Shown: piece by piece, positions 24,577-32,725 of the stretch
How the letters are laid out: every line of letters starts with the position of its first letter
How positions within the stretch are numbered: position 1 is the first letter of the stretch
Origin: a virus
Length of the DNA stretch: 44,060 nucleotides
Virus record (IMG/VR): IMGVR_UViG_3300045988_092570
Strand: one strand, 5' to 3'
The notes under the pieces: model-generated
Database searches by the model: none
Told to the model about the DNA's origin: nothing
The model's input: the letters and a program-made list of their open reading frames with translations, nothing else
Program-made: the position numbers and the translations under genes

Positions 24577-27500
24577 ATGGGACGACTTGTTAAGACAACG
24601 CCTGCGGCACAGGAGCAGCAGGAAGAAAAGCGCACGGTGGTCGGCACCGGCGCGCACGGTCGGCTTGTAAAAACAGGGGATGTGCAGCGCACATCCCCTG
24701 CGGCGAATACGGCGAAGACGCCGACAGCGCAGAGCGTTTATCAAAAAGCACTGGACGAAGCGATGATGAAACGCGCGGCGGCGGATCAGAAAAACAAAGA
24801 GCGCGGCCGCAAGAGCTACAATCGCACACACGCGCAGGAGGTGCGCGAGATCACCGGTGACAAGACAAAAAAGAGCATTACGCCGATCATCAAGAGCGCG
24901 GCGGCGGGCTATGCGGCGGATATGGTCGGCGCGGCGGACACGCTGCTGCGTGCGCCGAGTGGCCTGAACTACGCAGCGAGCCAGGAACGCGGAGAGATCG
25001 AAGCCTCAAAAAAGAACATCGCCGCCTATACCGAAAAGCTCAAGGCGGCGAAGACCGAGGAGGAGCGCCAGCAGTGGCAGACACTTATCGACCGCAACAA
25101 GCGCCTCATCGAGATCAACAGCAAGACCGCGGGCGAGCGGGTGAAAAACTATCAGGACGCGACGAAGGGTGCACAGGAGACGTTGCAAGGCACCTATCAG
25201 AAGTTGCGCAAGACCGCATCCGACAACATGGAAAAGGCGAACGAAGGGCTCACGCCGGTCGGCAAGTACCTCAATAACGTCGGCGTGGCAGGCGCGCAGA
25301 TGGTCGCCGACGCGGCGCTCGGCGGCGGCAGCGCGCTCGGCCCGATGTTCCTGCGCGTATTCGGCGGAAACTCGCAGGAGGCGGCGGAGGCGGCGGACAA
25401 GCCCGGTATGAGCGCGGCGGAACAGCTGGACGCACAGAACCGGGCGCTGCTGTACGGCACGGCGAGCGGCGCGGTGAGTATTGCGACGGAAAAGATCAGC
25501 AACGTCGCAGCGCCGTTCAAGAAAGCGTTCGGCGGCGGTTTCCTCGACAAGGCAATCGACGGTGCAATCGCCAAGATGAACGGGAACGCGGCGGGACGGC
25601 TCGCCCTGTCGTTCCTATCCGAGGGCGGCGAGGAAGTTATTGAGGACATCGTGCAGCCAGCCTTGCAGACGATCTACACCAAGAAGCGGCACGAAAACCT
25701 CGGAGAATACCTCAGCGAGCTTGACGCGGCGGAGATCCTGAACGACTTCCTCGTCGGCGGTGCGCTCGGCCTGCTGGGCAGCGGCGTAGAAGGCGTTCAG
25801 AAAATGGACGCACGCCTCGCAGCCGAGCGAGCTGCGGCGGAGACGCAGGAACCGACGGCATCGGTGGAGACGACGACACCGGAAGCAACTGCGCCGGCGG
25901 CGCAGCGGCAGGCCGAGCCGACAGTCGAGCAGCGGCCGGTGCAGCGGCAGAACACCGAACCGGTACCCACGCCAACCGTCGGGCAGCAGAACACCATGCC
26001 CGCGCAGCCTGCGCCGACGCCTGAGAGCGCGCAGGACATGGGCGAGGGTAATTTGACGCCCACACAGCTGAACGCCGCACAGGGCGCAGCAGAGGGCAAA
26101 GCGGACGCCCTGGACGCGGGCAAGCGCGTTAATCTTCTTGAGTACAGCAACGAGCAGAACGCGCAGAAGGTTGAAGACGGACTGAAAGACGGCACGCTGG
26201 CCGTGGACGCGAAAGAGAATATCTATCGCGTAGACGAGGACCAGCACATCGACCGGCGCGACAGCGCGAGCGTGGGCGAGCGAAACGTGAACGCCTTCCA
26301 GTTCGATCACCCCGAGCTGCACAGCTATTACGCGGACGCGGCGGCGGTCTTGCAGGAAGAAATGAGCTTCTCCCAGAAGGGCGGCGAGCTCATCCGCCGG
26401 ACGAGCCGCGAGGCGGGCGATGACGAATACATCCGCGCCAAGCGCGGCGTGAGCGAGCGCATCGCACGGCTGCTGGATGACGAGGGCGTACGCTACGATG
26501 ACATCGACCGCTCGCTGAGTGCGATCATCCACAACCACGGGCAGGAAAACTTCGCGGCGGCGAAGCGCGTAGAGCTGCTGCTGGACGACATGCTGACAAA
26601 CGGCTATACGGATATCCACGGGCAGCACATTGCACCGAACGAAGAATACATTGCAGCAAAGAAAGCCATCCCCGGCGCAGACATGAGCGAGCGGACGCAC
26701 GAAGAACTCCCGATCTATGATATGCCGGAGGGGCGGAACGGAGGAATTGACAATGCAGGACAAGAAGCACGGAACGATGCCGCGGGGGCTGAGCTTGCCG
26801 ACGCTGCCGAAAGAGGCGCATCAGGCGAGGACAACGCAGCGCGTGCACTATCTGATGGAGCTGCCGAACGGGGAGAGCGCCGGGGTAACGGAAGAGAATC
26901 TGAGCGCATTCCTCGAGAAGTACGGAACGTCGGCGGAGAAGACGGAAACGCGCTGACGGTACAACAGCGGCTTGCGGCATCCGGTATCTCACAATTCATC
27001 AGCCCGCGGGAGGCCAACGTGCCGAACGGCGCAAGCGGCGATAACACCGTCACCATCTTCGACGAGGCGGACTGGGACCAGGAGCTTATCGGCGCGGCGG
27101 ACTGGGCAAAGTCCAAGGGCGTGAAAAAGGTGACGGCGCTGCTGGGCGTCATCAAGGTTGAAAAGGACGGGAAAACCGGCAGAATTTTCGGCGCGTTCAA
27201 CGCCGACACGGGCGAAATTTTCGTCAATGCCGGTTCAGTGCAGCGCAGCGTGAGCGAGACGATCGAGCATGAAACAGCACATTATCTGGCCGAAGTGGCG
27301 AGGCGCGAGAACGTCAGGACGTTTATGCGCGACGTTCAGAGCCGGTACAGCAGCGAAGAGTGGGGCAAGGTGTACGATGCCTACTTTGACCGCTATGCAG
27401 CGCTGACGGGCGACTACGCGGGAATGAGCGAGAGCGATATCGAGCTCTATGTGTGGGAAGAGATCATGGGCGATGCCTATGCCGAGATCGACCAGTATGA

Positions 27501-30500
27501 CGAAAAGGCGAGCCGATTCAGCCGAGAGGCCGAAAGCGCGCTGTCGCAGAGCGGAGAGGAAGGCGAAAACGCCCTACAGGTCGAGAGCTCACAGAACGCG
27601 GCGGAACAGGGCCGCGAGACTGCGGCGGCGACGGAACGCAGGACAGGGCCGCCGGAGAAGTTCAGCGTGCTCGAAGAGGTCGAAGGGGAAAACGGTACAT
27701 ACGGCAAGGGCGTCATGCTCGACACGAATCTCTTTGACGGAATCCGCCCGAGAGACTGGGGCAAGACGCTCGGCCGATACGTCTATAACAATATGGCAGG
27801 AATGGAGCTGACGGCATACGATGCAGCCGGAAAGCCAGAAACGATCTATCTTGCCCGCACAAACGACCGCGTGCAGAAAGACGGCGCGAAAAACAGCCAC
27901 AAGGTCATCGACAAGCTGGCGAGAAGCACGGGCGACAATATCCGCAGCCTTGCGGTCGTCCACCTTGACGAAGCGCTCACGACGTCCAGATATGAAAATT
28001 CCACCGATGAACACAATCATCAGTGGATGGATGAAAACGGATGGGAACACAGAAAGACATATCTGCAAGACCGATCCGGCAATATTTACGAGGCAACGCT
28101 GAACATTGCGGATGGACGGGATCGCAAGATCCTGTACGACATCAACAACATTCGGCTGGTGGACAAAGCAAAAAGCCCCGACAAGCACACTGCTGCCGAG
28201 GCAAAAGCCGGAGAAATTACCGGCGGCGCCGTGCCCTCAGCCGTTACCGGAGGGGCTCGCTCAACATCACGTAATTTCTCCGAAAAGAGAATAGCAGACC
28301 GCGGCGGAAATGTCAAGTCACCGACGCCGGGCGATGAGACCCGGCAGCAGATCATGGGCGAAGAAAACAAGGACACGGCGCCACTCCGCAATGTCGGCAT
28401 TGAAACTGCCGAGCCGGTGGCACGCGCCGATGACCTTGCGAACGCAAGCGTATCACAGAACAAAGGAGATGTCAAGCCGACAGGTCGATTTTCGGTAAGC
28501 GGCAGCGCGGCGGAACAGCTGAACCGGGGCCGCAGGGACATCGCCGACGCAGAGCTTGCGGACGCGGAGATTGCCGGGCAGGAGTGGTCCTATGAAAAGG
28601 CGGAGCAGGACGGCAAGCGTGGGGACTACGCGTCGATCCCTGCGGAGTGGAAAACGAAGCTCGAGCGCGCACGGACGGCGGCAACGAACAACATCAAGCC
28701 ATCCGGCTTCGACAGCTACGATGCCTATCTCGATGCGCTGGACAAGCAGCGCGCGGCAGATCGGGCTGAGCGGCTGCGCGTCAAGAGCCGGGACGAATTC
28801 AAGGGCACAAAAGCGCTCGACGAGTTGGGCGTGAAGATTGCGAACAGCGCAGGCATTTACCACAATGCAGAACAGCTTATCGCCAATGACAAGGCGGCAA
28901 AGAGCATCCAGAACGCAACGAAGCGCGCCGAGCAGCGCTTGGGCGCGACGCGGCGGGAAAAGACCATCGCACGAGACATCGCAAACGGTGAGCGCTCGAT
29001 GTCCGATATCCCTCGCAGCGTGAAAAAGTCGCGCGTGCTTGAGCTCGTGGACTATTACACGGCACAAAAGGCGACGAAGACGGGGCTTTTGCAGCAGCAG
29101 CGCATCGAGATCAATGACGCGCTGCGCGAGCAGGCGCGCGAGCTCATCGGAACAGAAGCGCCGGAGATCAACCGAAAGGGTCTGAACAAGCTCTTCGACC
29201 CGAGTAAAGGCATTGTGCTTTACCATCGCACGCCGCAGCGCATTATGCGCGCGCTCTTTGGCTGGAAGCAGGGCCAGCAGATCAACGAGGCTGTCTTTGA
29301 GCCAGTCTACGAGAACGAGCAGGAGCGCAAGCGCTTTATCAACCGCATGTTTGACGAGGTTCGAACCTTTGAAGGCGCGGACGGCAAGAAAAGCGCACTG
29401 AACAAGGACGAGAGCGCCTTTGCGCAAAGGCTGAAAGAGGGACGAACCGTCGAGGAGCTGGTTGAAAAGTCCGGCGCGGCGGAAAGCATCAGAGCGGCGG
29501 CGGAAAACCTGAAAAATGGCGCAGAGATGAAAGACGCCGCGCGGGAATTCAGTCTCGACAAAGGCTCGCGCGATCTGGCTCGGCAGTATGCCGACTGGCT
29601 GCAAACGCAGGATGACTACGCGGCGGCAAAGAACGTCGACCGCGTGAAGGTTGAGAACGCGATCGAGAAATACACCGAACTCTATGACAAGCTCTACGCC
29701 GCGATCAACGACTTCCTTGTAGCGCACGGGTACGAGCCCATCGGCTTTATCAAAGGCTACGCGCCGCACTTCCAGACGAGCGAGGCAAACGGAAAGCTCG
29801 AGAGCGCACTCAAGGCGATCGGCGTCGACCTCGGCTCCGGCGTGGGCAAACTGCCGACGAGCATCGCAGGTCTGACGAAATCCTTCAAGCCGAACAAGCG
29901 GTACAATCCGTTCTTCCAGCACCGCAGAGGCAATGAGACGGACTACGATATCGTCAAGGGCTTCGAGACATACGTGGATTATGCGAGCGACGTGCTCTAC
30001 CACACGGACGACATCATGCGCGTGCGTCAGATGGCAAACTACCTGAGATCGACATTTGCACCGGAAGAAATGAAGGTGGACATCGACCAAATGGAGGCCA
30101 TGCGCTACGCTCCGGCGGATGTGAAGGAAGAATACTTGCGCGATAAAAAGAAGATCACGGGTGATACCTTCCTGAGCTATGAGGATCTGACAAACCTGAT
30201 GGAACAGTATACAGACGAGAAGTACCGCAGCATCGAGGACGCGACCGAATTCAGCGACCTTGTTTCGTGGATGGATGACTACGCGAACAAGCTCGCGGGC
30301 AAGCAACTCTTCGAGGACCGCGCAATGGAGCGCGAAGTCGGGCGCGAAGCGCTGAACGGCGCGAAGAAGCTCAACCGCATGTTCGCCCGCGCGAATGTGG
30401 CAGGGAACCTCTCGTCGGCGCTGAACCAGACGGCGCAGCTGCCGATGATCGCAACCGAACTCGGACAGAAGTACACATGGCGCGCCGTGGGCGATATCCT

Positions 30501-32070
30501 GAACGGGAAGACGACCGGCATGAGCGCGTTTCGCGGGGAGAGCGACTTCCTGACGGAGAAGAGCGGCATTGACTATATCCAGAGCACCAAGGGTGAAAAA
30601 GCGATAGAAAAGCTATTCAGCCCGCTGGAAAAGGTCGATACTCTCGTCAGCACAATCGCTGTGCGCGGCAAATACCGCATGGAGTTAGACGCCGGCAAGA
30701 ACCCGAAAGAGGCGATGAAAGCGGCGGACCGCTGGGCGCGTGATATCATGGGCACGCGCTCGAAAGGCTCGGCGCCGCTGACGTTCCAGTCGAAAAACCT
30801 TATCGCACAAATGCTGAACATGTTCCAGGTCGAGGCAGCGAACACCATCGAGCACATCACGCAGGACCGGCTCGGCCCCGGCTTCAAGGAAATGGCCGCG
30901 AAAATCGGCAAGGATAAGGCCATTAAAAAGCTCGCAAGCGACGCCATTGCCTATATGCTGCTCGCATTCCTGCTCAACCGGTTGGACGAGGATGCCTACG
31001 GCGGAACGCCTGCGCCATTTGACGTCATCGGCATGGGGCTGAACGCCGCCGCGTCCGGCAACGGATTGACTTCGAGCGACATGCTCAAGATGATCACCGA
31101 CGATGTGACCGAAAACATCTTCGGCGAGCGCCTTTTCGACACCGATCCAAACGACATGAACGACGAGTTTGACGGCTGGTCGGCGGCGGAAGATACGCTA
31201 TACAACATCAGCAACGATGTACCGTATGTGCGCAACGTGGCGGGCCTGATGGGATGGGGCGACCAGACGTTGCCGATGCCCGACATCGTTGGCGCAGCAG
31301 GGAAGACGAAAGACGCACTCAAGAACGCAGATAGTGCGGGCGAATTTTGGGCAGAGGTCGCGAAGCAGCTCGTGGGCCTCGCGGGCGACACGCTTCCGGG
31401 CGGCCGCCAAGCCGAAAAGATGCTGCAAGGCGGCGATGCTGTGATTCGCGGCGGGTCGTATCAGGGCTTTGGCGACAGCAAGAGGCTGCAATATCCGGTG
31501 GAGCCGCTGCTGGAAGATCCGTTCGAGGCGCTGCGCGCTGGGCTCTTCGGAAAGAATTCGCTGAACGAATCGCGTGCATATTGGGCAGCGGGCGGAAATG
31601 CGCTGAGTGTATCGCAGACGACGCTCTACCAGGAGCTCGTCGACATGGGCGCGGACCGCGAGGTCATCTACGACGCGATCCAGAAGTGGCGCAAGATCGA
31701 CAAGGACGACAGCCTGACCGACGGCGAGCGTGAGGCAGCGCAGTTCGAGCTCGTCCGCAAGCTCAAGCTGACGAACGAGCAGAAAGAGCGGCTGCACGAT
31801 GACCTGTCCCGCTCGTCGAGAAGCTATGCGGCAGCGCAGGAGGCGCAGAAGCAGGGCATCAGCGCCGAGACCTATGCCGAGTACAAGGACGCGACGGCCG
31901 ATCTGACCGCCGATAAGGATGAGAACGGTAAGACCATCAACGGCAGTAAAAAGGCCAAGGTGATGGACGCGATCAACAAAATGCAGCTGAACAAGAAGCA
32001 AAAGGACTGGCTGTATCTCGACGCGGGGTACAGCGAGAAGGACATCGGAAAGGCACCGTGGAATAGCTGA
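24577..32070 (+). CDS. Giant 2497-aa multidomain (polyvalent-type) virion or ejection protein as sequenced; possibly a frameshift fusion of two genes
   Basis: Uninterrupted ORF. Gly-zipper/TM-like N-terminal region, an HExxH zincin motif (HETAH, 27268-27282), and a long alpha-helical tape-measure-like C-terminal part. Codon bias collapses in 26752-26955. Confidence 0.7.
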   Translation: MGRLVKTTPAAQEQQEEKRTVVGTGAHGRLVKTGDVQRTSPAANTAKTPTAQSVYQKALDEAMMKRAAADQKNKERGRKSYNRTHAQEVREITGDKTKKSITPIIKSAAAGYAADMVGAADTLLRAPSGLNYAASQERGEIEASKKNIAAYTEKLKAAKTEEERQQWQTLIDRNKRLIEINSKTAGERVKNYQDATKGAQETLQGTYQKLRKTASDNMEKANEGLTPVGKYLNNVGVAGAQMVADAALGGGSALGPMFLRVFGGNSQEAAEAADKPGMSAAEQLDAQNRALLYGTASGAVSIATEKISNVAAPFKKAFGGGFLDKAIDGAIAKMNGNAAGRLALSFLSEGGEEVIEDIVQPALQTIYTKKRHENLGEYLSELDAAEILNDFLVGGALGLLGSGVEGVQKMDARLAAERAAAETQEPTASVETTTPEATAPAAQRQAEPTVEQRPVQRQNTEPVPTPTVGQQNTMPAQPAPTPESAQDMGEGNLTPTQLNAAQGAAEGKADALDAGKRVNLLEYSNEQNAQKVEDGLKDGTLAVDAKENIYRVDEDQHIDRRDSASVGERNVNAFQFDHPELHSYYADAAAVLQEEMSFSQKGGELIRRTSREAGDDEYIRAKRGVSERIARLLDDEGVRYDDIDRSLSAIIHNHGQENFAAAKRVELLLDDMLTNGYTDIHGQHIAPNEEYIAAKKAIPGADMSERTHEELPIYDMPEGRNGGIDNAGQEARNDAAGAELADAAERGASGEDNAARALSDGAAERGERRGNGRESERIPREVRNVGGEDGNALTVQQRLAASGISQFISPREANVPNGASGDNTVTIFDEADWDQELIGAADWAKSKGVKKVTALLGVIKVEKDGKTGRIFGAFNADTGEIFVNAGSVQRSVSETIEHETAHYLAEVARRENVRTFMRDVQSRYSSEEWGKVYDAYFDRYAALTGDYAGMSESDIELYVWEEIMGDAYAEIDQYDEKASRFSREAESALSQSGEEGENALQVESSQNAAEQGRETAAATERRTGPPEKFSVLEEVEGENGTYGKGVMLDTNLFDGIRPRDWGKTLGRYVYNNMAGMELTAYDAAGKPETIYLARTNDRVQKDGAKNSHKVIDKLARSTGDNIRSLAVVHLDEALTTSRYENSTDEHNHQWMDENGWEHRKTYLQDRSGNIYEATLNIADGRDRKILYDINNIRLVDKAKSPDKHTAAEAKAGEITGGAVPSAVTGGARSTSRNFSEKRIADRGGNVKSPTPGDETRQQIMGEENKDTAPLRNVGIETAEPVARADDLANASVSQNKGDVKPTGRFSVSGSAAEQLNRGRRDIADAELADAEIAGQEWSYEKAEQDGKRGDYASIPAEWKTKLERARTAATNNIKPSGFDSYDAYLDALDKQRAADRAERLRVKSRDEFKGTKALDELGVKIANSAGIYHNAEQLIANDKAAKSIQNATKRAEQRLGATRREKTIARDIANGERSMSDIPRSVKKSRVLELVDYYTAQKATKTGLLQQQRIEINDALREQARELIGTEAPEINRKGLNKLFDPSKGIVLYHRTPQRIMRALFGWKQGQQINEAVFEPVYENEQERKRFINRMFDEVRTFEGADGKKSALNKDESAFAQRLKEGRTVEELVEKSGAAESIRAAAENLKNGAEMKDAAREFSLDKGSRDLARQYADWLQTQDDYAAAKNVDRVKVENAIEKYTELYDKLYAAINDFLVAHGYEPIGFIKGYAPHFQTSEANGKLESALKAIGVDLGSGVGKLPTSIAGLTKSFKPNKRYNPFFQHRRGNETDYDIVKGFETYVDYASDVLYHTDDIMRVRQMANYLRSTFAPEEMKVDIDQMEAMRYAPADVKEEYLRDKKKITGDTFLSYEDLTNLMEQYTDEKYRSIEDATEFSDLVSWMDDYANKLAGKQLFEDRAMEREVGREALNGAKKLNRMFARANVAGNLSSALNQTAQLPMIATELGQKYTWRAVGDILNGKTTGMSAFRGESDFLTEKSGIDYIQSTKGEKAIEKLFSPLEKVDTLVSTIAVRGKYRMELDAGKNPKEAMKAADRWARDIMGTRSKGSAPLTFQSKNLIAQMLNMFQVEAANTIEHITQDRLGPGFKEMAAKIGKDKAIKKLASDAIAYMLLAFLLNRLDEDAYGGTPAPFDVIGMGLNAAASGNGLTSSDMLKMITDDVTENIFGERLFDTDPNDMNDEFDGWSAAEDTLYNISNDVPYVRNVAGLMGWGDQTLPMPDIVGAAGKTKDALKNADSAGEFWAEVAKQLVGLAGDTLPGGRQAEKMLQGGDAVIRGGSYQGFGDSKRLQYPVEPLLEDPFEALRAGLFGKNSLNESRAYWAAGGNALSVSQTTLYQELVDMGADREVIYDAIQKWRKIDKDDSLTDGEREAAQFELVRKLKLTNEQKERLHDDLSRSSRSYAAAQEAQKQGISAETYAEYKDATADLTADKDENGKTINGSKKAKVMDAINKMQLNKKQKDWLYLDAGYSEKDIGKAPWNS
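26753..26956 (+). CDS. Embedded out-of-frame 67-aa ORF with native codon usage
   Basis: GGAGGA lies 7 nt upstream of ATG 26753. Hand-counted third-position GC is 56/67 here, against 31/68 for the giant ORF frame over the same bases. Confidence 0.5.
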   Translation: MQDKKHGTMPRGLSLPTLPKEAHQARTTQRVHYLMELPNGESAGVTEENLSAFLEKYGTSAEKTETR

Positions 32071-32075
32071 GAATA

Positions 32076-32113
32076 AGAGAACACCCCGAGCCTCCCGGCT
32101 CGGGGTGTTCTCT
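32076..32113. terminator. Bidirectional terminator between convergent genes
   Basis: 17-bp perfect stem AGAGAACACCCCGAGCC/GGCTCGGGGTGTTCTCT with a TCCC loop and T-rich flanks on both strands. Confidence 0.8.
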
Positions 32114-32121
32114 TATGCGTG

Positions 32122-32556
32122 TCAGATGTAGCGGTTTTCAATGTCTGCGATCGGGTCGATATCGCGCTCATCGTCCTCGAGCGGAAAGTCGAAGCTCATA
32201 CGGTTCATAGCCCTGTTGACCTCGGAGAGCACTGTTTCGTGTGGATCGGAATTAGCAAGAATGGAACGAACATCTTTTTCGACGGCGGCATAGCGGCGGC
32301 GCAGCTCGCGGATATCGGCCTCGTGAAGTTTAGAAATACGTCTGCGATGCAGATTCTCAATCAGGCCGAGCAGCAGCGTCACAATGATGCCGAGGAAGTA
32401 GAAGAGGTACATCACCCAGCAGAGCACGGTGCGCAGGCAAGGGTGAGCATCTGCGTCCTCGCACTTGAGGACAACATAGTGCAAAAGGCGGGCGATCATG
32501 TACGAGAGAACGGAGACCCCAAAAGCGAAGATATACTCAAAAAGCGTATGATGCAC
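32122..32556 (-). CDS. Two-TM membrane protein with a cytoplasmic coiled-coil tail (moron; function unknown)
   Basis: A GTG start at 32556 with AAGAGGG 6 nt upstream fits the promoter at 32600-32628. The longer ORF to 32697 would span the int terminator. TM segments IFAFGVSVLSYMIARLL and VLCWVMYLFYFLGIIVTLLLGLI. Lower GC. Confidence 0.6.
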   Translation of the reverse strand: MHHTLFEYIFAFGVSVLSYMIARLLHYVVLKCEDADAHPCLRTVLCWVMYLFYFLGIIVTLLLGLIENLHRRRISKLHEADIRELRRRYAAVEKDVRSILANSDPHETVLSEVNRAMNRMSFDFPLEDDERDIDPIADIENRYI

Positions 32557-32599
32557 AAAGATCCCTCTTTCGTTTTTATTTCGGCGGGAGTATAGGGAC

Positions 32600-32628
32600 A
32601 CCATATAGGAATTTTTGCAGTTTGTCAA
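32600..32628 (-). promoter_or_regulatory. Promoter for the membrane moron (TTGACA, 17-nt spacer, TATGGT)
   Basis: Read on the - strand: TTGACAaactgcaaaaattcctaTATGGT. Confidence 0.55.
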
Positions 32629-32637
32629 ATTTGGCAT

Positions 32638-32670
32638 AAAGAAAGCGCCTCGTAACAAGGCGCTTTCTTT
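32638..32670 (-). terminator. Terminator downstream of the integrase
   Basis: 12-bp stem AAAGAAAGCGCC/GGCGCTTTCTTT with a 9-nt loop. Confidence 0.6.
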
Positions 32671-32671
32671 A

Positions 32672-32704
32672 TTGATAAATGGGATATCGGCCTCCATATA
32701 TCAA
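32672..32704. other. Candidate attP core (imperfect dyad next to the integrase 3' end)
   Basis: TTGATAAATGG, an 11-nt spacer, then CCATATATCAA. The arms match 10/11. The site is AT-rich and lies 22 nt from the int stop codon. Confidence 0.3.
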
Positions 32705-32725
32705 TTAACCATAAAATGAGCATGA

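Noticed and set aside
29358-29367. A tRNA T-loop-like GGTTCGAACC (a similar GGTTCGACC occurs near 21197).
   Set aside because: Both lie inside well-supported coding frames, and no acceptor, D or anticodon arms can be drawn around them.
24577-32070. An N4-like virion RNA polymerase as the identity of the giant ORF.
   Set aside because: No single-subunit RNA polymerase motifs were recognised. The sequence instead shows a zincin HExxH motif and tape-measure-like helical repeats.
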